Assembly (NCBI RefSeq): GCF_001194135.2
Contig: NC_068994.1
Coordinates: forward strand, 4,211,519-4,275,518
Length of the DNA: 64,000 nt
Reading direction: 5' to 3'
From: Octopus bimaculoides
Taxonomy: Eukaryota
This document shows positions 43,916-58,791 of this stretch, in pieces (within the stretch, counting starts at the first letter, position 1; every line of letters begins with the position of its first letter). A model generated the notes under the pieces. The model was not told the origin of the DNA and searched no databases. It saw only the letters and a program-made list of their open reading frames with translations. The translations under genes and the position numbers were made by a program.

Positions 43916-46059
43916 AGCCTTGTAAGACTGAGGGCCTCAAGAGGAGAGTACTAGAGAGAGGAAGGGAGAGCGTGTGTGTGTGTGTGTGTGTGCTGATGTG
44001 AGGGGGTGAAGTGTGAAGAGAGGAGGAGATTGATAGCTGTGAGAGGGTGGTAGTGGAGGGAGTAAAAGAATAGAAACTACAGGAGGGAGGGAGGAGAGGA
44101 GAAGGGGTGGGAAAGGAATTAGGGAGAAAGAAAGAGACAGAGGGATAAAGGTGACAGGATTGGCTATGTAGGGGAAACTGGAGCCACCCCACATGATAAG
44201 GGTATGAACATGTAGGGGAGAGGGGGAGACACAGATGGGTTTGGTATCTGGAAAGAGAAAGAGTGATGGAGAAATAGAGAGGTGCGTATGTAGGGAATGT
44301 CATGGAGGGGGGGGGGTCAAAGATGGAGAACTGAGAGGGTGTTCTGATAGAGGCAGAGCTTTGAGAAGAGGTACTCCATCAGTTACGATAATGAGAGTTC
44401 AGCTGATCCGATCAATGGGACAGCCTGCTTGTGAAATTAACATGCAAGTGGCCGAGTACTCCACAGACGCATGTACCTTTAACATAGTTCTCAGGGCAAC
44501 CCAGCGTGACAAGGCTGGCCAGCAGGGGTTTGGCAGGGGAACAGGGACTGTAGAGATGGAGCTGGAAGACATAAGCAGTGAAAGCACCATGGGAGGAGCA
44601 CTGAGAAAACAAAAACAGCATAAGTATCTCAGCCATCAATGTTCCCCTTGTTAATGCTCTTTCTGCCAAACATTTTTTTTGTCAGAGAGAGCGGGTTTTC
44701 TTCATGTTGTTGCCAGTTGTAACAGTAACTTGTGAGGTTCAGCCTTTTGAGCTCAGTTTTTCTCTACTTCATCCCATACAATAAAAAAAATAGAGAAACC
44801 TATTTGTTAATTTTAGGCTTTATTAAACATACACATGTTTCAGTAAATCAGCTGACAGAATTGCACAATCATTTGGTCAAATCACACAATCTTCTTGATG
44901 CACCTCGTCAGTGCTTTTAGCAAAACTTACAAAGAACAACGTGAAATTTGCTCAATATATACACACACATTTATATGTATATGCATTTCATCATCATCAT
45001 CATTAAACATCCGTTGTCCATGCTGGCATGGGCTGGACAGATGAGGGGCTACATCAGATTCCAGTCTGATCTGGCATGGTTTCTACAGCTGGATGCCTTT
45101 CCTAACACTAGCCACTCCAAGAGTGTAATGAGTCCTTTTACGTGCCACCGGCATAGGTGCCATTTCTGTGACACCAGTATCTGCCACGACTGTTTTCACT
45201 TTGCTTCATGATTCGTCTTCTCAAGACAAGCAGAGGAAATGTTGGGTCTATTCTTTGTCATGCCAGTCCTCACACAGCACTACAGCAAGGTGGAAATGAA
45301 GTGTCTTGCTCAAGAACACAACACGATGCCCAGTCTGGGAATGAAACCTATGATCTGGCAGTCATGAGTACAACATCCTAACCACTATGTCAAAGAAGCG
45401 CTGTGTTCCACCCACATGTAACAAGAAAACTTCTCCCCCCCCCCCCAACAAGCCAAACTACATCTTTTCTCTTCCTCACATTTCCTCCTTCATGCACTAT
45501 ACTTATCTCTCACTCCCCAATCCTGTCTTCATGGGGCTCTGTTTCTCTGTATCATTGCAGTCTGATAGCTCCTCCCCCACTCTATATACCCAGGTTTTTC
45601 ACCACTCGTGCACTTCACTCTCCACTCTATAATCACGCTCTTTGGTAATGTCCTGCCACCTATATTATGACCTTTGAACCTCAAGAGTATGCCCTGGCAC
45701 TTGCCACCATCTATATCTCTCTCTTCTTTTATTTGACCATCCCCCATTTATATTCTGATCCCTATCCCTTGTGAGTATGCCCGACACTTTGCCACCATCT
45801 CTTTCCTGCTCTTCCCTCAGGTTGGGTCACCATGCATTTCCTTTGCAGCAGCACACCTGTTTCTGAACTCATTCCTGATCTCTCTCTCTCTCTCTCTGGC
45901 CAGGTAACCTCCTCTGCAGCAAGACACCAGTTTCTGTCTCTCTGTCTCACTATAACCTATCATCATCCAACACAAAATCATTTCCTCCAATGCCCCCCAC
46001 CCATGCAAAAGAGTTTCTTTTTGTCTTGCAAGTACTTGGTCACCCTGTCAGTGCAGGTG

Positions 46060-46340
46060 CCACTTAAAAAGCATACAGCCCACACTGTAAAGTGGTTGGG
46101 TTAGGGTTAGGGCATCCAGCTGTAAAAACCTTGCCAAAACTGACCTCGCCTGTGCTTGTGCCACGTAAAAAGCACTAAGTCCACTCTGCTGAGTGGTTGG
46201 TGTTAGAAAGGGCATCCCGCTGTAAAAACCATGTGAAACAGACATAAAAGTCTGGTGCAGTCTTCTGCCTGGCCAGTTTCTGCCAAACCATCCCACCCAT
46301 GCCAGCACAGAAGGCAGACGATAAACGATAATGATGATTA
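46060..46340 (+). mobile_element. SINE family B (partly duplicated; contains gggttagggttaggg)
   Basis: Two gggcatcc..ctgtaaaaacc segments and tail aaacgataatgatg. Confidence 0.75.
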
Positions 46341-47440
46341 AATGAACATGAGTTACAAGAAAAAACTCAAACTGACCAGTGACTTCAATTTAGACAACAT
46401 AGACAAATACAAGTATATTATACACCACTTGACATAAATTCATAATTTATGGAAATCCTCCCATCTCTAGAGGATGTATCATAATTAATGAATGGGAAAT
46501 GAGAGAGTTTCATACACAAATGGGAGATAAGACCAAGGATTGAGAATCCTCTAAAGATGACATGTGGTTAGGGATAAGGAAAAGCTTATTATCTAGAGAT
46601 GAGGGGACAGTTGTGGACATGTGTTTCGAGCAGAAAGGGTGTCAAATATTCACATATATATATATGTCTCTCTCATACACACATACATCATCATCATCAT
46701 TCAATATCTGTCTTCCATGCTAGAATGGATCGGATGGTTTGACAGGAACTGGCAACCATACCCGGGTTCCATTGTCTGTTTTGGCAAGATTTCTATAGCG
46801 GGATGCCCTTCCTAATGCCAACCACATTACAGAGTGTACTTGGCTGCTATGTGGCACCAACCACATGTGTATGAGTGTGTACACAAACATCCCTTAACCC
46901 ACCCCACTGTTTTCCCTAATGTGATTCCTATCTTTGCAACAAATCCCTTCCTTTCTACAAATGCCCCACCACCACCACCATATTCTTCCACACCAATATT
47001 TCCTTTAATATTTCTGTTTTACTTAACACTCCCAGAGGAAACCCAGCCAATACCACCCCTTGAAAAGACAAACCCATCATCAAGATGTTGCTACACAGGA
47101 TTGATGTAGAATAAGGGTGGGCGGGTGGCCGAATACTGCCGTTGGGTACATATAGTCCAACCCTTGAAAAGAAAATCAGCACAGCAAAATCTAAACTGGA
47201 GATGAACATACATACACACACATGTATGTATGTATGTGTGTGTATATATATATATATATACACATATAAGCATAAATATGTATACATACTTTTGTGTACA
47301 TACTTTTGTGTGTATATATATGTATATACATATATGTTTATATGCATATGTATATGAAAATTATACATACAATTGTGTGTGCATGTGTAGGTAGGTATAT
47401 ATGTACATATGTACGTACGTATGTATGTATGTGTATATAT

Positions 47441-47476
<36 letters not shown>

Positions 47477-50132
47477 GTATATGTATACTTATATGTGTAT
47501 GATATTAAATACAAATATATTTATATACAACTAGAATGATTAACCTCGCCCTCATCCTATCTCTCTCTGGAGATCATCTTGTACCAGACACACACACACA
47601 CACAAACACGAGAAAGTGTAGGACGAAGGCAGCAGTAAAAAAGCATTGGGGGGAAGGGGAGGAGAGAGAAAAAAGTGTGGATGGATGAGAACAGCTTGGA
47701 GATAAATAGATAGTGAGAGATAGAGAGTGATGTGGTAGTTCTGTGAGTTGTCATGGGAAGGGTGGGGGGAGAGGAAAGAGAACGAAGACCTTATTACAAG
47801 GGGGTGGTAGTGGTGGGGGGAAAGGAAAAGAAGGGGGAGTGCGGTTGGAGAAACAGGTCATTGGCAAGGGAGATAATTCGGAACGAGTTGGGGAGAATTA
47901 ACTAAAAAGTTTTTTTTTTTTTGCATCAAAGAAATTCTCTTGTGTTTAATTAATTTTAGCACTTAATTAAGGAAAGATCTGTAACAGTTAGTGTATAAAT
48001 TATGCATAAATTATTAGTATATAAATATATATAAATAGATGCTGATTGACGTGTATTTCTATTCCTTGATTTGAAGCCTTCCAGTATGGCCATGCTGGGG
48101 CACTACCTTCAAATGTTTACACACGGACACGCAAATACATACATACACACATCCACATATATATATATAAATGCACATGCATATAACGTTTCTGTCTGTA
48201 TAAAATTCAATAGTTTTTACGATCATGTATGAATAATTATTTGCATAATACAAAATGTAAGGTGTATATTTTTATATGCATAAGCTTTTAATATTGTTTA
48301 ATAATAAATAAGACTCGACTGCCGGTTGCATGGATATTCTTCATTTAAATTACGTCACTAATACTGTTCAGATATGGATGAACCTCACATAATCTCATCT
48401 CGTTTGTTTTTAATTAAAAAAAACTGCATAAAAGAAATATTGTGGGACATATTGATCTATTAATTTTACAATACAAAATGCGTTTGCATACATATATGTG
48501 GATGTGCATATATAACACGTTAATATATACACATATATATACGATAAAACACACATATACACACTTCTATGTACGTGTCGCACATTTATGTGTGTGTGTG
48601 TGTATTTGGGAAATCCTCAGGTGCTAATTTGTCTGTGTGTCTAGGTATATGAACTTAATAAACGTATATTGTGTAACAGCATATATGTACAGAGAGAGAG
48701 AGAGATTCATGGATGCAGACGGACAGATAGGTGGATAGCAAAGTAGAAGAAACCTCAACGAAAAAGGAGACGCATTGAGAAATCAATAGACAGACATACG
48801 GCCAGGATAGATGTAGAATTAAATGTATGTCTGCCTGTGTGGCTATGTGAATTTCTAGCATGGTACAAGCGTTATTTCACAGGGATTATTTAAAGGATGC
48901 ACGAGAACAACGAACAATTTCACAGGCACTGGCGCTTAAATATAATGTCAGTGGATAACAGACGAAAATAATTAGCACTTTATACCTGACGTTGGTGTAT
49001 TTCACTAATTTCTTGCCTCCTCCATCGATTCACTTCGACCCGTGTCTCAAGGCTACTCGCCAGTTTATATTTTTTTTTTCTTTTAGCCCCGAAATGTCGG
49101 ATATATTTTCCCCGGGACTTTTACACCGGTGCCCCCCCTCCTCCACTTATACTTTTCTTCCGCCCCCTAATGCAACTTTTAACGATAAGCAACCGACTAC
49201 ACGCAAATATTTATTAGAAATAATCATGATTATTATTATTATTATTATTATTGTTGTTATTATTATTATTATTGTTATTCGAAATATGTGTTCACAAATA
49301 AGGATTTCTCTATTTGCCTCAAGAGGTACCAAAATGACACTTGCATCGATGTTGAAAAGAAAATAATGTGAACAGTATTTTTAAAAATAAATAATAAATA
49401 AAAGCATTTTTATTAAAAAAAGAAATTTAATATTTTATATATCGATTATTTAGAATATAGTTTTATAAAAATATGGTAAGTCAATTTATCTGCTGATAAA
49501 TCCCAAAATGTGGACTAGCAATATCAGGCAAATTTAGGACAGGTGAAAGAAAACGAACTACTTCGTTGTGGTTAGGTTCCTTGCTTTCGCTTCGATCTAA
49601 CCTGTTAACGTAACTGGGGGAGGGTTGATCCATCGCCCTAATATCCATGCTGGCGCACACTCATTTAATCTCTTTATTATATCTATATTTATATGAGGGA
49701 TTTTTGGTGGAGTTTTGGATCTGCTGTCTCAGATCTCTTGGAGCAAGGAAACGGTTACGGAAATGTGTGGTGGGAGAGACAAAAATGCAAAAAGTTAGAA
49801 TTGTTGAAAAAAAAAAAATTGTTTTGTTTAGTTAACCTCAGAATCGCAATTTCCGTTGCAGGGATCACAGAAATACAAAAAGAAAAAAAGAAAAAAACGA
49901 CTATCCTTTTTTCCTTTCCTAAGAGATTTCAGCTGTTTTGAAACCCTGTTGCTTTTTCCTTCCCCTTATTGAACGCTTTGTTTGAAGATCTGGACTCGGT
50001 CGTTAACCTCCTTGTCCACCATACGACCCCTTTTTGTTATTGGCATTAAGCAGAGAAAATCGCAACGATTTTGCAGAGGAATATAGCAAAACAATTCTCC
50101 CATTCTAGGGAGACCCAGGTGACAACTGGGCA

Positions 50133-50195
50133 GGTCCTACATGGAAAAACAGGTCCTACATGGAAAAAACAGGTCCTACATGGAAAAACAGTCTG
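50133..50195 (+). repeat. 3x tandem caggtcctacatggaaaaa(a)
   Basis: Directly visible 19-20-bp triplication. Confidence 0.9.
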
Positions 50196-50199
50196 TTTT

Positions 50200-50460
50200 G
50201 TCGAACCGCTAAGTTATGGTGACGTAAACACACCAGCATCGGTTATCAAGCAATGTTGGGGGGTCAAACACAGACACAGACACACATATATATGACGTGC
50301 TTCTTTCAGTTTCCGTCTACCAAACCCATTCACAAGGCTTTGGTCGGTCCGAGGCTATAGGAGAAGATACTTGCGCAAGGTGCCATGCAGTGGGACTGAA
50401 CCCAGAACCATTTGGTTGGTAAGCAAGCTACTTACCACACAGCCACTGCTGCACCTATAC
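50200..50460 (-). mobile_element. SINE family A
   Basis: ttctttcagtttccgtctacc...caaggtgccatgcagtgggactgaaccc...cttaccacacagccac. Confidence 0.85.
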
Positions 50461-50639
50461 ACAAAATGTTTTAACAATTTTTTAATACAATTCTTAATAA
50501 TATTTAATTATAAAAATACAATAATGTTTTCTTTTTTTTTAACAGAGAATTGGCTGAGGGTCAACATACATAAAATAGAAATCAAAGCGGTCCATTGGAC
50601 GAAAAGGGTTGAGAATCACTGTTCTAGTTGACTTGGCCT

Positions 50640-50915
50640 TCACTTGATTTTAAAGCTGGTGCCACGTAAAAGGCACTGGGGCAGGTGCCACATAAAAAGC
50701 ATTGGGGCTGGTGCCACATAAGAAGTACTGTTGCTGGTGCATGTAAAAAAGCACCCAGTACACTCCGTAAAGTGCTTGGCATTCGGCTGCAGAAACCATG
50801 CCAAGACAGACTGTAGAACCTGGTCCAACTCTCCTGCTTCCTAACTCCGGTCAAACTGACCAACCCATGCCAGCATGGAAAAATGAGTGTTGAATGATGA
50901 CGACGACGATGATGA
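50640..50915 (+). mobile_element. SINE family B
   Basis: Subrepeats gctggtgccacataa, then cccatgccagcatggaaaa and (GAT/GAC)n. Further plus copies at 51520-51722 and 56620-56900. Confidence 0.75.
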
Positions 50916-51901
50916 TAGAAGATGGCCCTCAGCTGTACCTCTATCTCTCCCTCTCTACTACTCTCTCTTCCCCTTCCCAATCACCCCCCCCCTCTCTCTC
51001 ATACACACACACATAAGTTGTGGTGTGGCAGAAATGTACATGGAGATAAATAGCTTATGGGTCGTGGTGTGTGAATGAGCTCTTTAAGTAGTGGCAGGAT
51101 TAACAGTCAGTTTAGCGAGGATTTAGTAATCTACAGGTGTCTACACACAGGATCATTCCCCTCCCCCACCGTCTCAATACTTCACTTTAGTCTTGTTATG
51201 CAAGTTGTTGTTGTTGTTTAACCCCAGGTTAACTCTGATTAAGCAGACCTACGATCAGTACTGGTGGATCATTGTGGCCATCCTGCATAATTTTGTATTT
51301 CCTCTCCCTCTCTCTCTCTCTTTCTCTGTCTGTCTCTGTCTCACTCTCTTTCTCTCTCTCCCTCCGACCAGGTAACCTTGAACCTCCTCAACAGCAAGAC
51401 ACCTGTTTCTGTCTCTCTGTCTCACTATAACCTTTTCATCATCCAACACAAGATGACCTCCTCCTCCTCCTCCAATGCCCCTCCCTTCAAAGGATCTTTG
51501 TCTTGCAAGTTACTTGGTGACTCTGCCAGTGCTGGTGCCGCATAAGAAGAATCCACTCCACATTATAGAGTGGTGGGTGTGAGGCAGAGCATCCAGCTGT
51601 AAAACTCATGCGTGAACTGACACAGGTGTCTGGTACAATCTTCTGGCTGGCCATCTCCGGTCAAACTGCCCATCCCATGCCACCATCGAAAGCGAACATT
51701 AAACGATGATGATGATGATGATATATATGTGTATGTGTACACATATATATATTCAAATGCTATGCTGCTTGATACCTAAACACACCATCTATCTTCACAC
51801 ATTTGCATAAAACTCAATAGAATCACCACATTCATGCATATATGCACATAAAACACACACACACACACACACAATATATACATATATAATATATTACACA
51901 C

Positions 51902-51963
<62 letters not shown>

Positions 51964-52311
51964 TTATATATATATATATATATATGTATATATGTCAACT
52001 AATATAGAACGTTTAGCTTCCTCTCACACTGTTTGTATATCCATCCATCATAAAGTAGAAATGACATCAATCACCCTTAAATTAGAAAAAAACCCAGCCA
52101 AACATCTCCCCCACCCCCACCACGACCACCACCATAGATGCCGATCATATCCTGCTAGCTTTAAAAATTCTAGAACACACTGGATTATTTCACAGCCTTA
52201 TTTTCACTGAAATACACGGTGAGGGAGGATCATAATAGGATTGGCAGATCAGTTTCAAAATGAACATTTTTAGTTCTTCCACACATACGCGTCTATGCAC
52301 ATCTTTATATG

Positions 52312-52362
<51 letters not shown>

Positions 52363-52404
52363 ATATATATATATACATATACATACACACACACATAATA
52401 TATA

Positions 52405-52620
52405 TGGCCGTTGCCAGTACCGCCTGACTGGCCCTCGTGCTGGTGGCACATAAAAGCACCCACTACACTCTGAGTGGTTAGCATTAGGAAGGGCATCCAG
52501 CTGTAGAAACTCTGCCAAATCAGATTGGAGCCTGGTGTAGCCATCTGGTTTCGCCAGTCCTCAGTCAAATCGTCCAACCCATGCTAGCATGGAAGGCGGA
52601 CGTTAAACGATGATGATGAC
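52405..52620 (+). mobile_element. SINE family B, young copy
   Basis: Nearly the reverse complement of 61537-61768. Confidence 0.85.
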
Positions 52621-53047
52621 AGTAGGAGGCACTCGCCCAAGGTGCCATGCAGTGGGACCGAATTTGGAAACATGTGGTTGTGAGGCAAATCTTCTTAGCA
52701 CACAGCCACGGCCGTTTCTCTGTATCATGGCTATCCGTTAGACTCCCCCCCATCCATATACCCAGATTTTCACCACGGGCATACTGACAAGGGACGCAGA
52801 TCAGAATATAAATGGGATGGTCATATAAGAACAGAGAGAGAAATATAGATGATGGCAAGTTCTAGGGCATACCGTTGAGGTTCAAACACCATAATATAAG
52901 TGGTAGGACATTGCCAAAGAAGCATGTTTAGAGAGTATGGAGAAGTAAGTGGTGAAAATCTGGGTCCGTATGTCCTCAAACAGGGGAGATAAGCACCTCC
53001 ACCCAGCAAAGCCAGCATCCAGAGCCTAGTCTCAGAGTCATTGCTCA

Positions 53048-53645
53048 TCATCAGTCTGGAGTAGCTTGTTACCACTATAACATTAGTTTAGCCTGGTACA
53101 TGCAACCATTATAACATTAGTCTTGTCTGGTAATTGTCACCACTATTGCATTAGTTTTGTCTGGTAATTGCTACCACTATAACATTAGTTTTGTCTGGTA
53201 GGCAATTTCACTGTGGCATCAGATTTGTCTGGGATTTCTTACCAATATGTAAAATAGTTCTGTCTGAATTTAGTACCATCATGACATTAGTTTTGCCTTG
53301 TGATTAATACATTAGTTTTGTCTGGTAACTGCCATGACCATTCCATTAGATATATCTGGTTATTGCTACTATTATGCCAAAACATTTTTTTATAGGGAAT
53401 GTTACCAAAATGGTATTAGTTATGTCTGAGAACTCTTACAGTTATGACATTAGTTTTGTCTGGGAACTGTAATTTCTATGTCATTAATTTCACTGAGAAC
53501 ATTCATCCATATTCCATTAGTTATGTCTGGCAATTTCAACCAACATGCTATGGGTTTTGTCCAGGAATTTCCACCACCGTGGCATTAGTTTTGTCTGGGT
53601 ACAACAACAATAACAGCAACTATTACTCTGTTAGTTATGTCTTGC
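53048..53645 (+). repeat. Degenerate 34-bp minisatellite (acattagttttgtctggtaattgctaccactata), ~16-17 units
   Basis: cattag anchors at 53081, 53115, 53149 and 53183, plus a variant at 53217 (34-bp spacing). It decays rightwards. Confidence 0.85.
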
Positions 53646-55341
53646 AGTCACTTCAGATTAATCATTCCTTGCACACTTTAGACTCTGCCAGATTTTTATC
53701 TTCCATGGTTGACACTCTCACACTTTCAGACATTTTAATTACTCCAATCCCCGTCCCCTGCCCCACTTCCATACCCCGAACCATTCCTTTGCCACATTTT
53801 CCAATACCATCTTCTCCATCCTGCTTCTTTCTTCCTCAACCAAATTATCTCTTCTTCCTCTCCTTCCTCCAATCTCACTCTCTCTGTCTACTCACCTATG
53901 TACTCCCCCCTCTCTCTCTATATATATTATATACATGTGTGTATATATGCATATATCTACTTATCTACCTACATACCTAACTATTTATCTCTATGTACAC
54001 ACACACACATATATATATATGCATATGTGTATATATGTCTATCTATCTATTTGTCTGTCTTGCTATCTATCTATCTTTCTAGCTACCTACCTATCTATCT
54101 ATCTGTCTGTCTATCCTTTACACTCACCTTTTCTGCCAATCAGTCCTCCTTTTCCCCTCCAATTAAGCAACATCTCTCCCCCTTCCCCACTTCCTATTCT
54201 ACTTCTCTCTCTTCTCCTTCCCCACCTCTTACTTTCCAATCAACCAACTTCTCCTTTGTTCACTCCTTCACTTCTCCCCCTCCCACCGTTGCTAATCAAT
54301 TTGCTCCCCTCCTCCTCTTCCTTCACTCACAACGTTCCCCCCTTTTTCATGTAACCAAACAATCTCTCTCTCTCTCATTCAATCTCTTACTCCCCCTCTC
54401 TCTCCTAATCAATATCTCTTCCTTACCCTCACACACTTCCCACTTGTTCTTCTTTCCAACAAACATACCTCCACCCCCCATCCAGACCATGTCACTGCCA
54501 CTGCTATGGGTACCACAACTACCACCACCACCACTGCCAATGCCTTCACCACCAAGAACAACAACAGCACTTCCAGCTCAGGAATGTAAGAATACTGCCT
54601 TCCTTCTTTCTTTCCTGACTAACCACAAAGGTAGCCATATTTAAGAGATGCAGGGGGGAGGGAGAGAAGAAGCAGATGATACAAGAGTTTGTCACGTTCA
54701 TGCATTTCCCTAATAATGTTATTAATGAAAACGACAACAACAGCAGAGTTGCCACAGTTTCCATTGGGAAAACTAAACTTAAAAAAAAAAAAAGCAGAAC
54801 ATGTCATGGCCACAAATTGTTGAGATGACATCTTTTCTCCCTCCAGGGGACACCTTTCTCATTTTCTCCACCCCAGTACATACGATAAAAAAAAAACCTC
54901 CAACCCACCCACGACCATTACTACATTCTACAACAGTCCACTCAAATTCAATATTCTGACAAGAGCACAGAAATTTTTCCAATAATTTCAACGGCGAAAG
55001 ACCTGATCTTAATTAAAGATGCTGTTGTTGTTGTTTAGCCCTGGGTCAACCAAGGCTGAGTAGACCAATGACCAAAGATATTCCAGTCATTTGGATTACA
55101 TTATTTAATGCTGGTTTCCAATTTTCAGCACAAGGCCAGCAAATTTGTGGGAGGAGATAGGTTGATTACATCCACCCTGATGTTCAACTGGTACATATTT
55201 TATTGACCCTGAAATGACAAAAAGGCAAAGTCGACTCCAGCCACATTTGAACTCAGAACATAAAAAGCTTGAAAAAATACTGCTAGGCATTTTATCCAAC
55301 ATACCAATGGTTCCGCCAGCTCACTGCTGCAATTTCATTGT

Positions 55342-55505
55342 TTAACCCTTTCGTTACGAATCCGGCTGAAACTGCCTCTGGCTCTGAGTACAACTGTCTT
55401 GTTTTCATAAGTTTTGAATTAAAATCTTCCACCAAACCTTAGTCACAATTTATGTTCCTAACACTAGCTGAATGATAACTAAGTTATTTTACTAAATTCT
55501 TTGTT
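55342..55505. mobile_element. piggyBac-like MITE 5' part
   Basis: Begins ttaaccctttcgttac. The internal sequence resembles 13950-14168. Confidence 0.5.
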
Positions 55506-57746
55506 GAGGCAAGTGAAATCGAAATCGAACTAAATACGACTGGCACCCATGCCAACATCGTCTCCTTCATTGGACACGAAACTCAGCTTGCAAAGACCTG
55601 TTGGGGCAAGCGAAAGCGAAATCGTGACGGCACCTGTGCCCAGCGTCACCTTACTGGCACTTGTGCCAGTGGCACATGTAAAGACATTTGAGCGAGATCG
55701 TAGCCAGTGCTATGCAGACTTCAAAGACCTATGATGCCTCCTCCTCCTCCTCCTGTTCAAAACAAAATCAAAAACAAAAACACACTGAATGAAGTAAATT
55801 AAGTTCAGCCATGATTTTCTGTCATCTCACCAGGTTCACAGTGTTCTCGCTTCACGTAGTTTGAACTTGTTTCAGATTGTGATATACTTAAAACGACAGA
55901 AACAAACAATCACCATTGACTAATTAAAGTTACTGAATCAAAGGTTGATTAATTATATCCAAAGCAACAATGAAACAAAATAGCAAATCACGAGGGGGGG
56001 ATGGGACGAAAGAGGTGGTGGCAGTGGTGTGATTGAGAGTTCAAAGATTACAGATATTGTTCGATAGCAAGTAACTCGCTTACCCCAAGGTCTGAAGCAT
56101 TCCCATTATGAAACCGAAGCCGACAACTTGGAATGATAATAAATTCAAGGTTGATTTATTATCCTTTATCATTTACTTGTTTCTGTCATTAGTCTGCGAC
56201 CATGCTGGGGCACCACCTTGAAGAATTTCTAGTTGAATAGACTGCAGTAGGAATTTTTTTTTTTTTTTCGTAAACATGGTATTTATTTGGTTGGTCCCTT
56301 TTACTGAACTGCTAATGTTACAGGGATGTAAACAAACCCTTTAGATTTTAAGCCAGCAATATATGCAACTCAAATTTCTACCTATCTTGCATTCAAACTG
56401 GCTAGATCCAGCTTTTAACACCTACCCAACAATGCCATGACCATACTGGAGCACTCTGCACCTAGTATGTATCTCTGACCAAGCAATCTTACAATCAAAA
56501 ATGTTCCATTCCATTCACAGAGGCTCCCTCCTGTGTGTTGTATATATTCTAGAAGAATCCCAGTTGAATGCCATCTTCTGTAAAGAAATGTCACTGACAG
56601 ATACGTACATGTGGGCGTGTGAGGACCTTGACTGGCTCCCATGGTAGTGGTACGTAAAAAGCACCATCCGAACGTGGTTGATGCCAGTACNNNNNNNNNN
56701 ACCTTGACTGGCTCCCATGCCGGTAGCATGTAAAAAGTACCTACTACATTCTTGTAGTGGTTGGCATCAGGAAGGGCATCCAGATGTAGAAATCTTGCCA
56801 GATCAGATTGGAGTCTGATGCAGCCTTCTGGCTTGCCAGTCATCAGTCAAACCTTCCAACCCATGCCAGCATGGAAAGTGGACATTAAATGATGATGATG
56901 ACATATATATATATATAGAGAGAGATGTGTTTACATTCCTTGCTGACGTTACAAATGGTTACTCTGCAGTTTCCAATAATGCTAGAGAGACCCAGGCTTG
57001 AGAAATAAAAACAAGAAGGAATTTGCAACAGGAAGTGACCTCTGGTTGAAAAATCCTGGTTCAAATTACTCTTCTTCATTCAACACACGTCACCCAAATC
57101 AACAAGTTGGAGGTAGGAATTTTTAACACTGTCTCACCAGGTTCCTGCTGTATGAGGAACAGCTTAAAATGTCATCCCTGGTGGACTAAAAATAGACAAC
57201 TGGTCACATTGTAGCTTTGTAATTATAAGTGTTTATGAGTCATTCGTTCCCTCCATTGCTGTTGTTTACTTTTTTAAACAGAACAAAAAAAAAAAAAAAA
57301 AAAANNNNNNNNNNNNNNNNNNNNNNNNNNNNNNNNNNNNNNNNNNNNNNNNNNNNNNNNNNNNNNNNNNNNNNNNNNNNNNNNNNNNNNNNNNNNNNNN
57401 NNNNNNNNNNNNNNNNNNNNNNNNNNNNNNNNNNNNNNNNNNNNNNNNNNNNNNNNNNNNNNNNNNNNNNNNNNNNNNNNNNNNNNNNNNNNNNNNNNNN
57501 NNNNNNNNNNNNNNNNNNNNNNNNNNNNNNNNNNNNNNNNNNNNNNNNNNNNNNNNNNNNNNNNNNNNNNNNNNNNNNNNNNNNNNNNNNNNNNNNNNNN
57601 NNNNNNNNNNNNNNNNNNNNNNNNNNNNNNNNNNNNNNNNNNNNNNNNNNNNNNNNNNNNNNNNNNNNNNNNNNNNNNNNNNNNNNNNNNNNNNNNNNNN
57701 NNNNNNNNNNNNNNNNNNNNNNNNNNNNNNNNNNNNNNNNNNNNNN

Positions 57747-57900
57747 TGACAGGCTTCTTTCAGTTTCCGTCTACCAAATCCACTCACAAGGCTTTGGTTG
57801 GCCCGAGGCTATAGTAGAAGACACTTGCCCAATGTGCCATGCAGTGGGACTGAACCTGGAACCATGTGGTTGGAAAGCAAGCTATTTACCACACAGCCAC
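57747..57900 (-). mobile_element. SINE family A head (cut by gap)
   Basis: Same head sequence as 50300-50455. Confidence 0.8.
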
Positions 57901-58742
57901 TTCCCTACAGTTGTTACTCCTGTATATGTAACTATTTGTTTTTTTTTCTTTTGTTTTTTCAGGTAGAGTCAAGTTGGCCACAGAGGCCCCGGCCCAAGAG
58001 GGTTCAGCCTTCGCAAACAGCTTCTAGAATGGGAGCAGGCAACAAAAACAACAATGACAAAAATAAAGAACAAAAACAACGAATTATGGTTCCAAGAAAC
58101 CATTGAGTTTCTCTGTTTGTTTTTAATTTTGGTAAAATGTGAAGAACATTTGGAATTAAATGGTTAAATTTAATGTGCTAATGTACAAGTAGACAGTCTA
58201 AAGTTGGCTCCTTCAAGACTTGAGGTGGTCAAAGCATGTGTAGTGTGTGTGTGTGTGTGTGTTTGTGTGTGTTTGTGTTAATTGGGATATGTATCAAACA
58301 TAGCAGTTTCTAACACTGGTAGAAGGCCTCAAAATGTGTGCTGGGGTGGGGGATCATACAAGAGAGATACTTGTATCATAGAACTGGAGGCGGCTTCAAA
58401 TAGGCTGGTATCAAAAAGGGTTAATACAGATGGTGGTGGGGTGTAAAGGGGTTTAGAAAAGGGGACATATGTGTGTGTGTGATGGGGGATGTAGGGGTTG
58501 GACTAATATAAAGCAGGCCAGAGATAGAATAGCCGTTGTTAGTAGTTGAGTAAGCAAGGAGTAGAAACAGCATTGGGGAAAGTGTGTGTGTGTGTGTGTA
58601 TATATATGGGTTTGTGTGTATATTATGTATGCTTGTGTACATATGTATATATATTTTTTTTTTAGTCTTTCTATTTACAGTTTTTCTTAAGTCTGAAGAA
58701 GTAGAGCAGAGCCCTTTGTCCTTGTGTGCACAGGTTTGTATG

Positions 58743-58791
<49 letters not shown>

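Noticed and set aside
30205-50621. hAT-like left end (30205) and right end (50621) flanking ZNF-C as one large transposon
   Set aside because: The flanking 8-mers (acctaatg versus ttctagtt) do not form a TSD, so these are probably independent MITE fragments.
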